Positions 28,301-41,026 of a DNA stretch of 64,000 nt are shown here, one piece after another (the stretch's first letter is position 1; each line of letters begins with the position of its first letter). Position numbers and translations under genes: made by a program. The notes under the pieces are model-generated. The model was given only the letters and a program-made list of their open reading frames with translations. It did not search any database and had not been told where the DNA came from. Source of the DNA: Trichoplax adhaerens (lineage: Eukaryota; Animalia; Placozoa); contig NW_002060944.1 in assembly GCF_000150275.1 (NCBI RefSeq), forward strand, positions 8,321,360-8,385,359. Direction: 5' to 3'.

Positions 28301-30270
28301 GGTACTCGATTGGATATAAATCCAAATAATAATCTATCAAGATCAGATATTAAGTAAACGCGCACTTAGGAAATATGTAATACATGAAATACAATCCGGA
28401 GAAATCTTAGTGTAAAATACTTTCAATAGTCACTATAAGTAAGGATAAACGTTCATAGTATTCATACTATCGAAGATTCAAATTATTACTCTGTTAACAT
28501 TAAAAAGCCTCAATTTAATGGTATAATATTGTCCATCTATGATCATGGTTACAAAATGTTTAAAAAATTAAGACTTCAGAATAACAACAAATTCATTTAG
28601 GCGTGTATTATCGTATTAGATGCGGGTATAGCTAACAAGTGTAAAATGATTACACAGATAAAGAATATAGTAATTGCCCTATGTTGCAAAGCGTCTATGT
28701 TTTAGTTTAATATAGACTATTAACCAAATAGCAAAAAAATGAAAGCCCAATATCGCTTGTAAACTATTACTCAAAGTTTAAAGTTAATAATGAAACGATT
28801 CATTTGCTTTACTGATACGGTACCGGTGGCTGATATTCGTAATTATCAAGCAGCCACTAGCGAATATGTCCTGCGATGTAATTCTGAATGTATACTGCAA
28901 TCTGCTGTTCGATTTCTAAGTTAAAAATGAAATCCTAAAACTCATGTTCGGTTTAGATTAGAGCATTTTATCTTTACATTATTTGCTGATCTATTCACTG
29001 CAATGATTAATTCATAACGGATAAAAAATTTTCATTTGTATAACCTAGTTGTATACGATTTAAGAGGCATACCAAGGATAAGAGGAAAACTTTAATCTAG
29101 AACGAGAATATCGATATCGCTCTAAAGTAATGAATCCTGTGATATTAAGAAGCATTTGAAACTTTTATCACAAATTTAATCTTTTACTGTATATCAAACA
29201 TATTTTAAATTTCTTGCACAAGTTTCTTTACAATGTCTGGATAAACACAAATGTAGTATACAACTTTACTCTATATTAAAGCCTAATTAGAGATATATCA
29301 CTGATAGCAAAAGAATGAAAACGATAAGGTATTTTTACTTTTAAGATGCCGTAATTAGTTGAAAATTATAGAAAGAATTGTGCTATTTTTTAAGTAACTG
29401 GCTATAAAGTTATGAATTCAATGTCGGTCCAAAGATACTTTTAGCTGATCTATTTAGAAGGAAACATAAAAGATAACTATTAAGAAGGTTTCATGAATTG
29501 TACTTATCAAGCTGCTACTCACTGATATAGTCGACATCTTAAAAATATCTGAAACCATAATGCAACTATGCTAAAATCAATTTTTGATACCCAATGTTTC
29601 AAGAAATTACCCGTAGATTAGATATAATCTTCGTAAGCCTCGTAGCAAAGCTTGCAATGAATCAATTTAATTTGATCAATTTTAACTGTAGGATTACGTT
29701 CCAATTCGAAAAGATGCTTTAAGGATGAGAAAGGCAACAAAAACAATTGTTGAATTTACCACCACAATTAATAAAATCCCATTTGTCTTTATTGACGTTG
29801 GTGGGCAAAGATCTCAAAGGCGCAAGTGGTTACAATGTTTCGAATCTATTACTGCCATTTTATTCTTAGCAGCAGCTAGCGATTATAATCAAGTTTCACT
29901 AGAAGATAGAAAAACTAATCGCCTACTGGAATCATTAGAAATATTCGGTGCCATAGTCAACCATGAGCTCTTAGCTAAAGCTTCTAAAATCTTATTTTTA
30001 AATAAGATTGATTTACTGGAGGAAAGGTTAACCATAAGCAATATCAAAAATTTCTTTTCTGCATTCAATGGGGATGAAAATGATTTAACAACCGTTAAAG
30101 AATTTATATTGCAGCTTTTTTCCAACAAGATGGAAGCCAATAATGACAATGATAAATCATTATATCATCATTATACTATCGCTACGGATACTGAAAATAT
30201 TAAGGTGGTATTCCGTGATGTAAAACAGACCATTTTACAAGAACGATTGGGAAGCTTGTTACTACACTAA
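25382..30270 (+). CDS. Second, divergent G12/13-class G-alpha, 363 aa; exons 25382-25843, 27987-28037, 29692-30270
   Basis: Same 3-exon structure and 51-nt middle exon as the upstream paralog. Motifs GASECGKST, RMRKAT, DVGGQRSQRRKW, NKID and TIATDT; spliced ORF is intact. Confidence 0.92.
26699..27077. repeat. Old ~200-bp tandem duplication (2 diverged copies) in intron 1 of the second G-alpha
   Basis: Shared anchors GGCTTTCG, ATCAAAGTATTA, ATTCAGG, CTCTGATTTT, ATTATCAAGGA and TTATAGAT recur at a ~200 bp offset. Confidence 0.8.
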
Positions 30271-32508
30271 ATTGCCAAATTGTGTATTCGTTATTTGTCT
30301 TCTTCATTAATGCGCTATAATATGATTTGAGTTGTAGTCTCAATGAATTTACTTTTAACTCTTTTTCAAGTTAAAATTGCCTTGTGATATACATTAAGTT
30401 AATAATGACCGAGTGATCTATTTTACAACAAGTTTACAACCCAAGTAATAATAACTCTACGTATGAAAATCACTCAATTAAAATTTCTCAGCTTATATGG
30501 TAATGAGGACAAGATTAATATGATGATAACGATATGGACTTTTACTGTAGATTATATTAATTATTAACCTTAACCTGATAAAATAAGGATAGAGACTTTA
30601 CTTCTTTTTCTTCTGTATATGTTGAAAGCTAACTCTATGATCTCAGTCGCTACAATTTTAAATATAATTCCACATAGTATGCTTTGCTTAAATAATTCGC
30701 CCAGATAATATTTAGTCCCATACTCTTTCCAACTGAAAAATAATATAGAGAACTAGCAGAAATGTTAAGTTGATTACCACTTCATAACTGATCAATACAA
30801 CAAATAAATTAAAACAAAAATCTAACGTTAACGTGATTTAATTTTATTTATTTTATTGGATGAAGATATTTACAAGCCTGTTCTGATGTAGCTGATGTTG
30901 AAAAATTCAACGATTAGTATAGAATACCCTTTTAGTAGAACGTCTAGAATGTATCGTCTTGTCAATTGGGGAGAATAAATTGAATAGGGTAAACATGAAT
31001 TATTACGGTTTGATATTTCAGATGTTTCAATACGATAAATTAATTATTATATTCGCGTAATATGCCTGTTATTTAGCAGTATGTTCGACTAACAAGACTT
31101 ATGTAAAGGAGTAATTTCATTAAATTTATTGCACTCGTATTCGATGATGTTTCAAGTTATTCCATCTTTGTCCTATGAGAATAATTAGCCTTTGATATAG
31201 TAATCACGATGAATTATTGCTTTGTTGCATAGCCTTAAAATAATTAGGTGTACTGTATACTATGTTTGTATGTCTATCATTTATTTGCTGGTATGACTAC
31301 GAAATTTGACATTATTAGGAGGAAAGGCATAGTTTCTAAGTGATAGTAATCTATCACCAGACAAGGCTAGAATGATCACTGTAATCGGCACATTTATCAC
31401 ATAACAATGTCAAAACTGTTCATACTTTTCCTTTTAACTAGTTCAAAGGAGTCAATCAGACGTAATCGATCTTGGATGGCTATATGATCATTTTATTTCC
31501 AAATATTTTCGCATACTGTATAAATTACATAATATGCCTAACGTTTATTTGCTTCTATCATTGTATCACAAGACACGACTAAAAGGAAAACTACAATTTT
31601 AAGTATGATATTAGCCAAAGAAATAAACATGGACACTTTACCATTGACAAGGTTCCATTCTGACTGGGCCATTTTGCACCATTTAATTGAGTAAGAGGAC
31701 TACAGGCCTCAGCGTATTGTAATCCCAAAGTACTCTGTCGACATCAACATTTCTATATATCAAAGTCCTGTAGTTTATCTGCTGATAAAATGCCACACCA
31801 AACAAATCTTCCTAATATGATTAAAAGAGCATTTTGATGCAGAAATATGAACATAGTCTGCATAGGCTGTCTTGACTCCAGTCTTCGACATTTTATATTA
31901 CCGTAATTTATCATTACCTTATGTTGTGTAAAGCGATAATAAGTCATGGATTATTAAAATTTCATATTTTCATTATTTGGCTATATAGCCTTACAAAATG
32001 TTATCACTGTAGTCTTTAGCATAGTCAATTACATGTTTAGATGAGGTTTTGTTTTGTTTTAAAATGTACCAAGTTGTATTATGTAGTATAGCTATTGATT
32101 TATCATAGGATACAAGGTAGATAATTATAGATTAGCTTTATACGAAATAGAACATCGATTTTGTTGATACTATGACATTAAAATGCTTACGATAACCTAG
32201 AGTTTACAAAAGCACGACGAGATTGCTTTAGTTGCCTTCTCAAGTACACATCAATTGATATCAATCTAAAGAATTTTCTACATTCTGTATTACAGTATAT
32301 GAAGGATGGTTATGAGCAGCTTGACAGTATAACAATTTTTAGTTGATCCAAGGATGTTCTTTCATGTCAGTAGAATCCTTTTTTTTTTCGTGTATACGTC
32401 TATTAAAACGGAACGTTGCCTTTTTCCTGAATTGTTTTGACTATACAGTATATAATTATTTCTTTATGGAGTTATGGATATTGAGTATAGTAAGAGAGAA
32501 AGGTGTGT

Positions 32509-32781
32509 TTAATCGTCGTCTTCTGGCACAAATATGTCATTCTCTTCTAAAAAGGCCGCGCCTCGTTTGGATAACTGGGCACCCAGGTAGGTAAAAGAAA
32601 CAGAGATCACTACTGCTTTAATAGTTCCAAATCTATCAATATGTGGCTTATCATGAAACACGGCTGAAGGTTGGTTCGCTATAGTCCGACTAAAGAAGTT
32701 TTTCGATTTATTCCATTTGGATGCAAACAGTAGTGATGGACGAGCGGCGGCACGCAAGGAAAAAGTAGCAAAGATCGCCAT
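32509..32781 (-). CDS. SMDT1: Essential MCU regulator (EMRE), intronless CDS; likely start MAIFATFSLRAAAR (alternative in-frame ATG at 32865)
   Basis: C-terminus FTYLGAQLSKRGAAFLEENDIFVPEDDD matches the EMRE signature (FLYVG..ISK.FAALLEE.DIFVPEDDD). The Arg/Ser/Ala-rich N-terminus looks like a mitochondrial presequence. Confidence 0.93.
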   Translation of the reverse strand: MAIFATFSLRAAARPSLLFASKWNKSKNFFSRTIANQPSAVFHDKPHIDRFGTIKAVVISVSFTYLGAQLSKRGAAFLEENDIFVPEDDD

Positions 32782-33864
32782 TATGACCAGGAAGACTGAG
32801 GCCACGGACAGCGGACGTCCACAGTTTTTCCTTCTGATTGCGACGGACTGACTGACAAAGGCCATACGGAAGGACTGGACTAGTACGGGTGTAAGCGCTG
32901 TCTGTTGTACTGGTCATTTTACTATACTGTAAAGCTGGAAATGTACACGGTACCTTAAAGTGTAGTAAATGGCCAGCCGTCTACCCTCTTCATTTTAAAG
33001 ATGGTTTCCAGTCCCTCTCTCTCTTAATACTACGCAACCGAATCATACACCAAGTATTAATTATGACAATATAGGAAAATCAATCCTTTATTTATTAGAT
33101 GCAATCTCCATGATTATCATACAAAGTGGCAGTGCACTGCCATATTGTTGAGTCTAACCATATACAAATGTCAAGATGAGGCGTTCAATATAGCAGGTCG
33201 TGAACATAGCAATATACTATATGAAAACCTGCTTTCTTCGATCGTTATGGTCGGGAATAAATGGTTTTATGACTGATTATGCCTGTCTTACATCTCTCTA
33301 CTTTTTCAATTAATGACAGATCAGTATGCCACTACGCTACTACGGTATAAGAGGAAATTCGCCACACTATATCCATCAAAGGGCGTAGACTAGACTTTAG
33401 ACATCATTGCGATAGGGTATACGCTCAGTACATTTTAGCCCTGGTATCTATGACAACAAGCGGGCAAACTCTGATTTCTCCAAACATCCTTACTATGCCC
33501 TTGCAGTCATGCAAGAGGGCAAATACAACCAAAAAGAAATAATAAGTTAACTTACTGATGACGGTATCAACATAAGCAATTACTGTATTTGTGTAGTCGA
33601 TCAATAGACTGTAAATCTAAACCACGGGATAGAACGGATTGCTATGAGATGAGAATAACGTACTCATCAAGTTCAACTGATTGTGAAGTCGACTTAGTTT
33701 GCTGCTACTAGATACAGTATTCCACTCTACTAAGCACTGCTAACAAGTTGATCAGTTTTGATTGATTATAGTAATACTGTACAAATAGCTAAAAAACGAA
33801 TATTATTCGATGTCCTTACAATTTCATTCGATCTTTTGTGGTAACCAGTAGTCAACTTTCCGTC

Positions 33865-36619
33865 ATGCCTAACTTCTTTTTGGTAGCTGGAGCTACACAG
33901 TTATCAGTAGCGTTGTTAAACGTTATCATACCAGCCGTTGCATGGTTAACAACAGGAATTATATCAGCTACTACGGTTCCTGCTACATATTTTTTGGGTC
34001 CAGGTGTGGTTGGCATTACCGTAAGTACAGTATACATTTCTTAATCAGTATTCTACAACGGAGATATTTGAAAAAATTTAGTCATAAATTGCTTGATACA
34101 CATTTACAATAATCATATCTACGGATATAGCCTGATTAATGCATATACCAGCTTTTATAACAAACTTGAATAGTTTGAACAAAGCAGGTAATATTAAAAC
34201 TATTTTATTTTTTTTTCACTAAAAATATTCAATTAAAATATACTGGTATTTAGACGCAGTAGTTAAGTTAAAAGACATAAAATTGAAGATTTACTACACA
34301 GTCGGTACGTTATTAACAGTAGTTTCATTTCTGTGATCTAGTTTAAGTGCGATAAATGCGGTAATTAATAAGATGTTATTAACCACAGTGGATATTCTAT
34401 GATCAACATTTACTTCTGTTCAAGTTATTGTAAACATTGATCCATTTAATACGTTATCGCGATATTTCTGTTTTCTTTAAAGCTCGCTACTTCGGCCTTT
34501 TCATGCTTTATGGCAAGAAATAAAGCACTTGATACAGTGGTAGGTTTCTTTTATTGTATGTAACACTATAGAATATAAAAACGTTAAAGAGTCGCAAAGA
34601 TAATCTTAGACTAGTTAATATATTTAGCGTCTCAAATGTTTTGTAATATTTCATTAATCTGTCGCTTGTACTGTCGTTAAGCAGCACTACTACTATGTAA
34701 AATTTATTATGCAAAATTAGCAATTTTGCATAATAGTGCATAATTATTATCTTAATAGTTATAATTGAAAGTGGTTACTTATGCTGTAAATATATCAAGT
34801 TACAATCACCGTAAAGAAATTTTGATTTTTTCTATTTGGCTGTGATATCTACGCTTACATTGACATCAATGCAATCTCAAATAGTAATAATAATTTTATT
34901 TACTTTTAGGTTGCAGGCATTTATGTTTTTTCACTACTTGCTACAACATATTCTATTAGCAGTATTTTAATGTTTATTAGTGTTATAGTACGGTTGGCTA
35001 CTTCAAATCTATTAAATACTGCTGTTGGAGCTTTGATTTTCACCTTGGTTACCATCGCTATTTTATGTGCATCTATGGGTGTTGCTATATGGGTCATTTA
35101 CACAGCAAGAAAAATGTTACTCAAATCTGACTCTGTACAATCAGTTGACAATCCTGATTCCCCGCCGACCGTAGCTGAGCCAACAAACTGTTTAACAGAT
35201 AGGACATTGGCCATATTAGAAATGTCAGCCGGTAACTTACTTGTAATAACCCCGGGAGTAGCAATATTCTTCCCATCTATTCAAAGACTGTATTGTGTGT
35301 TACCGCTATATGCTGGATCATTGGTAAATAAGTAATTGTGGATTACCACTTAAAAATTGCATTGGATTAGCTTATAAACAAGTTATGAATGTACCACTCT
35401 GATTCCTTTTTCAATCATTTTGTTTACTAATGACAGCTGATTGCTTCTGGAATGATGGGATATGATTATACAACTAAGAAAAGATATGCTCTTGTAAGTA
35501 GCAAATACATTGACGATTGCTACACATTGGTATCATGATCAACCTTACAGTAAAATATTATGCTTATTCATCTTTATATCAAATGCATTTTGTAGATGTT
35601 GTGGTCGTTTGTTATGACTCGATTAAGCCTGCTATTAACTACTGTAGCTATCGCTGGAACTGGATTCTATTTGGGCATCACTGTTGGAAGTGGTTCTACA
35701 GCTCCTACTAATTTAGCTCTTATTTCATTAATTCTGTTGGTTAGCATTTATGGCTTTATAATATCTATTGTATCGTTGGTTGTTACACGTAAGAGACTTG
35801 GGATAGTTTGCAGTTGTAACTTTAATGTCAAAGATATGGAGTTTATATTTGGTGTGACAATGGTGGTATTAGGAGTAGTATATGCTATTGTAGCAGCGGT
35901 TGGATTAGTTTTGTTTGCAGCTCGCTATTTTACAATTGTTGGATTTTTCGTTGCATGCGTGGTAAGTGTTAATCATGGTAGTAAGTAAAATATACATATT
36001 GAAATTTACCCTACTAAATTAATTTCATTTCATAACGGGCTATCGTTCAAATATTTAGTAATTAATTTTGTGTTACGATCATCTACGTATATAGTCTAAT
36101 TGCAATTTGCTTATTATGTCATGAAATAGTTGCTGTTAAATGGAGAGTTAGGTATGGACTCTAGGGACGTTAAACATTTTGTAAGTACTGCCTTTCGATA
36201 TTTCTATTACGAATTGGATCGTTAATGTCGCATAATTACCAAAATTATTTAGGCAGTCTGCTGTAAATTGGTGTTCATTTTGTATTCGTAAATTGCGTAA
36301 TGTAAAATTATCATGATATAAACGATACTTTTAATTTTTGTCATTGTACATTTAGGAAATTTCATTTGTTGTGAGATCAGTCTTGTCTGCCAGCTTTTCC
36401 GTTGAATGTGCAGTATTGACAATTGTGGAGTTTATTGCCTATTTGCGTTTAAATCCATCTTCCGGCCTTCTAGTACGCGGAGTTGCTATGATGGCTACAA
36501 TTCTTGTATTTAATATAGCCACATTTGGTGTAGCAGTAGCGGCTACCGTGAAAACAGGCAGAAAACATCAATTGTGCGGTATTTCTTCCCAGACTGGCCC
36601 ATCTGAAGCTGAATCATAA
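33865..36619 (+). CDS. 454-aa polytopic membrane protein with three tandem MS4A/CD20-like 4-TM modules; exons 33865-34020, 34483-34539, 34910-35323, 35437-35493, 35596-35961, 36130-36180, 36356-36619
   Basis: All six introns are GT-AG phase 0 and the spliced ORF is open, with ~12 hydrophobic segments. Each module has a 57/57/51-nt exon after TM2, like the CD20 YIISGSLLAATEKNSRKCL exon. Confidence 0.75.
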
Positions 36620-37524
36620 AATTAATCAATTTGAATATTATGGATTTCATTTTTTATGATGGGTTCTTTAGATTTGAAGTACAGTTGATTTTAACAACTC
36701 TTTCATGGTTTGGAAATGGTTGCAAATCCTACTCGAATGATTTATCTATTATATAGTATGAATTAAAAGACACATTTGGTAATACGTCCAGTATTGGCGA
36801 AGTTGATTAAAAAAAATTTGGCTTTTATTTACTCTACCCCTTAAATACCCAGTTTGTTATGACTTAACACATTCAATAATTCATTTTGGATAGCTTACCT
36901 AAATTGATAATTTTATTCAGCTTTGTATGTTTCATATTACTTTGGTAAATCAGCTTGCCTAAACAATACCTTGCATGTAGTGTAGTAGTTCATTTCATTA
37001 GTAATTTATTGCAATGTTGTTTACTCTGCATGAGAATGTGGTTAAAGATAAAAGTTCAATGAATTATTATCCTAGCATCTGCATGAGTAAAGTCTTCAGC
37101 TATTTATCTATTAATGACAATGTAAATTCCAATTTTTCTGCATGTCATTCCTGTTGACTGCTCAATCAGTAATGACCTAATCCCTTCTACCTTATGCACT
37201 AATAAAGAGCATCATGATACGCAATCGAATGACGTCAACTATGACTTTTCAACGAATGATTGAAAATGCAGATCAGCTGTCCAGATATCCGTTCGAAACT
37301 GATTGTTCACAGCCTTCTGTAATGGAGAATTGTCCACATCTTATAATGACCTATTAAAAGCTGACTTAAAATAGGAATTGCATATACAACTGGTATTATT
37401 TTATATATCTGAATCATGGACTGCTAGAAATTGCTAATGTAGGCCATGTTTTGGACGTATGGGCGTTTTAATGGGGTCCGTCTGCACGTCCGTTGGTCAA
37501 ACACAGAATCCCTGCACTTCTACT

Positions 37525-37638
37525 TACAGTACAGTACAGTTGTAGAGTACTGTAGAGTACAGTACTGTACTGTACTGTAGAGTACTGTAGAGTGTAAAGT
37601 GTACAGTACTGTACTGCTACAGTACTGCGAACTGTACA
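37525..37638. repeat. TACAG/CTGTA low-complexity palindromic cluster upstream of the SLC45 array
   Basis: Dense mix of TACAGTACAG, GTACTGTAC and GTAGAGTACT. Similar clusters lie at ~6535-6627, ~13700-13752 and ~17830-17895. Confidence 0.8.
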
Positions 37639-38117
37639 CCGTGCTCTAGTGACCAGTATTACATCAAATTTCATCATTTCAATGTTCATTCATGTAATCA
37701 TGACTATACTGGTATTGTACTGTACTGTATATAAGTCAAGGTAAATGACCAATTTCAATTACAACCTGTCAAGTCTCAAGTTGCAGCATCAGTCAACTGT
37801 TTTACTACACCTGATCAAGGCAATATCAACCGCAGTACGGCAGTAGCACTCATTACTTTCATATACACTAGTGTTTGCAATTGTTGATCATCTAGTGCAC
37901 TCCCTACCTCGGTCGACCAGCACCAATAGCCTTTGGTAGTAAAGGTACTCATTGAATGACAGTCTCTTGCTGCTGCAGCAAAGTCAGTATCAAGATCGAT
38001 TGAAACGCCCAACGTTGACTGCTGACCAGTGGATTATTTTCATTGGATGAAGTGACCTGACCCACCAAAGGGTTGACCACACTCATCCGTCTCTCTCCAC
38101 AGCCAATAGGACACAGT

Positions 38118-40084
38118 ATGAAAATTGCAAGTTTCATCAACGGTGCTGAAGCATCAGCGGACGACAGTCAACACCGACGTTACATTGACAGCGACGTCAT
38201 GAAAGCCGATGATGATCAACAACATGGTGGCAGGGTAAGACCTTACCAGATTATTATGTTATGTTGTGCGTATACAGGAACAGAACTTGCTTATGGTGTT
38301 CAAGCGGCTTATGTTACTCCAATCTTAGCTGGTTTAGGAATTCCATTACGCTATTTAACGTTAGCTTGGGCCATTAGCCCAATACTAGGGTTATTGACGC
38401 AGCCAGTGATAGGATCATGGTCGGATTCGTGTACATGTCCATGGGGGAGACGACGGCCATTCATGGTTGCCATGGCTATTGGTATCTTGATCGGTCTATT
38501 AGCAACAGCGTTTGGTAAAGACTTGGGCTTATTAGTGTCGTCCAATAGTTTATCCTTTGCAATCGCCTTCACTTTGATTGGCAACGGGATATTAGATTAT
38601 TCATTAGATTCATCAGGTGTACCTTGTCGTGCTTACCTCTTTGATGTAACTCCGCAAAATCAGGAGCACAAGTTTCAAAGATTGGCTGCTATTTTTGCCT
38701 CTGTTGGTGCTATTGCTGGCTATTTAATATGTGGAATTGAATGGAATTTCGCCTTTGGTCAAGTTATCTTTGATCAAGCTCATTCAGTATTCATCTTAAC
38801 CGCAGTCTTGGTTTGTTTGTTTTATATTGTATCTTTATTCAGTGTCAAGGAAGTCCCATTTATACAAACACAACAACATCGACTCGATGCTGCAACCGGA
38901 AGCAAGGAAATCCAATTGCAGGATACTAGCCAACATGCCCAATCGCAACATTCAAATGATATTGTCATCCATGAAGACCAAACTGGTAGAGAAATACAAG
39001 CCAATCCTAGTCGTTCACATATAAAAGCAGTCTTTTATGCTGTTACAAAAATGCCAAGAGAATTTGCCATTTTATGCTTATTAGACTCCATAGCATGGAT
39101 AGGTTATGTTTGTTTTAGTGTATTTTATACCGATTTCGTTGGAATCGAAGTATTCAAGGGCAATCCCACTGCACCATTGAATTCTACTGACTATTTACTC
39201 TATCAGAGAGGTGTTAAAATTGGAAGTTGGGGATTACTCGGTCAATCTGCTTTTGGAGGAGCATTTGCCTTGTGTCTGGAGAGGATATGTAGAGTGACTG
39301 GTATGATTAGTATAATTTGAATCATTTTCAAATTTTTAACGAGCGATACAATCAATATATGGCTGTAGATTGAAAAGTTAAGCCAACTGTTTGTTATATA
39401 TACTGATATTCGTGTACATAAACTTTTAGGAAGTCGTTTAATAATGATTGGCGGATTCTCATTGGTGGGATTATTATTATTTATTATGGCTTTTGTTAAA
39501 GTTTTACCATTTGTCATTGCTGCTGGTACATTGACTGGTATCGTTTTTGCTATCATCTATTCTATACCCTTTGGTCTAGTTGGACAATATCATGCAGCTT
39601 TTAAGGTAAATGACATAACAACTCGTACACTATATGCTGTGCCCTAATTCTATCGATTGTAACGAGCTTAGAATAAACTACTATGATAAAAATTTAGATG
39701 GATTGACAATCTTATTGGGATGGAATACTATTTTATAGATGTGTATGAAATAATATGTACAGTATGACGTTAACTATTCTTTGTCAAATTAAATTGTAGG
39801 ATGATCCTCGATGGAGTACCAGGGGTTTTGGTATCGATTCTGCTATCTTAAATAGTTGTATGTATGCTGGACAATTAACGGTATCATTTTGTGTTGGCGC
39901 TATAGTCGAAGCAAGTGGTACTAGAGATGCTGCAGCGATGACGATGGGTGGATGCCTACTGACATGTGCTTTTCTATCCATATTTGTTGTTGAGCCACAG
40001 ACAAAGCCATCACAAGTTGAACTCAATGATTTCACCGCCAATGAAAATAGGAACAATGATTGCACCACTGTTGGTGTAGTTTAG
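38118..40084 (+). CDS. SLC45 family MFS transporter, copy A; exons 38118-39300, 39430-39605, 39800-40084
   Basis: Motifs AYVTPIL, SPILGLLTQPVIGSWSD.C..WGRRRPF, LD..D..PCRAYL.D, YTDFVG..VF.GNP.A and Y.RGVK.GSWGL. Confidence 0.93.
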
Positions 40085-41012
40085 ATTTAACCAATGGTTC
40101 AATATCAATCCCTTTACGAATTACCTTCTATTTTTAAGAAAGTACTATCGAATTTGTTAAACTGTAAATTATTTATTTGCAATCACCGTTGAAATGGAAT
40201 TTTTTATCTGAATGAAATAAGCGCATAAATATTATAAATGGCAATTATTTGGGCAAAGCGACCTGACTTACTTATAAATGTATGTTGACTGAAAAATTTT
40301 TATGATTTTTATCGACATAATTAGTAAATGATATGGGTCTATAATTTATGATTGAAATGAAGTGATGATGAGCATGCTTGCAAGCAGTTATCACATTTCA
40401 CCATCTACTACCTGTATGAATACTGCAGTGTTGCTGTTCTTATAAGTTCTTTAAACTTTATTTTTGAATATTATTGGATACATTTGCCTGTTTATCTGAT
40501 GTATTATAATTATTTATCTAAAATTTAAGGAATTGTCAGCCATTTTATTACATTGTATCAGGACTTCTAAGAGGAAATTGGCTTAAAAGTCCCTAATTTT
40601 ACGCAGATTTGCTATTCTCTGTTACCTGAACTCTTTCAAGTAAATTATTTACGTAAAAGTTTTATTGTTGACCAATGTATAGTACTATTAAATAACTTTG
40701 ATTAAAGCCATTATAATATCATACTTACTATGTGCTAATACCGCGCATGTTTTGACAATCTTCTGAGGCTAATTGTTAGTTCTAACTTACGACGTATACC
40801 GAAAATAGTAGATATGTATCAGCTCAACGAAATAGTCTGACAATCCTTTAAGACTGATATATTAGTTTTTTATTGTACTGTACTACAAAATAACAGATAT
40901 GTATCAGTTCGGCGAATTAGTCTGGCTTATTGGTTTGTAGTAGCGATATTTTACTAAACGTTTTATTGTATTGGTAGACGATATTTTATACGGTTAATCC
41001 GAGCCTGGGCGT

Positions 41013-41026
41013 GGTGCCATGGCAAC
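41013..41026 (+). promoter_or_regulatory. RFX X-box-like site upstream of SLC45 copy B
   Basis: GGTGCCATGGCAAC is one mismatch from the palindrome GTTGCCATGGCAAC. Confidence 0.4.
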
